A stretch of 54,799 nucleotides of DNA from contig CAYPGK010000009.1 of the NCBI GenBank assembly GCA_964410055.1, positions 5,549 through 60,347 on the forward strand, read 5' to 3'. The stretch comes from an uncultured Gemmatimonadaceae bacterium. GTDB taxonomy: Bacteria > Gemmatimonadota > Gemmatimonadetes > Longimicrobiales > RSA9. Positions 54,298 to 54,799 of this stretch are shown in pieces. Position numbers and translations under genes: made by a program. The first letter of the stretch is position 1; every line of letters begins with the position of its first letter. Below the pieces are notes generated by a model. The model was not told where the DNA came from. It saw nothing but the letters and a program-made list of their open reading frames with translations, and searched no databases.

Positions 54298-54799
54298 GTA
54301 CGCTCGCGCTCCCTCGCACGCAGATGGTCTTCCGCGGCGCCGAGCTCGCGGTGATCGTGGGCGTCGTCTTCATCGTCGCGCTCCTGGTCCTGCCGCTCCC
54401 GCCGGCGCTGCTCGACCTCATGCTCGCGCTCAGCATCGCGACGTCGCTCGTTGTGCTGCTCGTCGCGATGTACACGACCGACCCGCTCGAGTTCAGCGTC
54501 TTCCCGACGCTGCTCCTGCTGCTCACGCTCTTCCGCCTCGCGCTCAACGTGAGCAGCACCCGGCTGATCCTGGGCGCGGGTTCCGCGGGGAAGGTGATCG
54601 AGGCGTTCGGCGCCTTCGTCGTCGGCGGCAACTACGTCGTCGGCGTTGTCATCTTCCTGATCCTGATCGCGATCAACTTCGTCGTGATCACGAAGGGCGC
54701 CGGGCGTGTGGCCGAGGTCGCGGCGCGCTTCACTCTCGATGCGATGCCCGGCCGGCAGATGAGCATCGACGCCGACCTGAACGCCGGCCTGATCGACGA
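54294..54799 (+). CDS. flhA: Export apparatus protein FlhA (5' part, runs off the window)
   Basis: ATGA overlap with flhB; translates to [27 protein letters not shown] and [37 protein letters not shown]. Confidence 0.95.
   Translation, partial: MSTLALPRTQMVFRGAELAVIVGVVFIVALLVLPLPPALLDLMLALSIATSLVVLLVAMYTTDPLEFSVFPTLLLLLTLFRLALNVSSTRLILGAGSAGKVIEAFGAFVVGGNYVVGVVIFLILIAINFVVITKGAGRVAEVAARFTLDAMPGRQMSIDADLNAGLID

Overview
Very GC-rich bacterial chromosomal window; gene content and order suggest Gemmatimonadota (inference only). Left to right it holds: a DAK2-DegV fusion, a secreted TPR protein and a DAG-kinase-family lipid kinase; a dcw cluster (mraZ-rsmH-ftsL-ftsI-murE-murF-mraY-murD-ftsW-murG-murC-ftsQ-ftsA-ftsZ, no murB or ddl) followed by an M23 peptidase, a VWA membrane protein, ftsY and recG; a repeat-rich intergenic region; an S15 Xaa-Pro dipeptidyl-peptidase; a two-gene operon (secreted Trp/Gly/Pro-repeat protein plus a PAS hybrid kinase with His->Tyr in its H-box); fliW-flgL; a sigma54 activator; and a large flagellar cluster from flgB to a truncated flhA. 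Main unusual items: (1) the fliK-position gene fuses an apparently intact M15 peptidoglycan peptidase to a FliK C-domain; (2) a sigma28-like promoter shared with flgL precedes the W/G/P protein + pseudokinase operon; (3) a 170-bp element of six alternating 14-bp inverted motifs occurs twice (63-232 and 29111-29280, opposite orientation, identical spacing); (4) a FliO-FliP fusion, an unknown gene between flgC and fliE, and a shared CGGCA-N5-TGCCG motif upstream of two sigma54 promoters. No rRNA, tRNA, CRISPR array or transposase was recognised. All calls come from reading motifs by eye; no database search was run.
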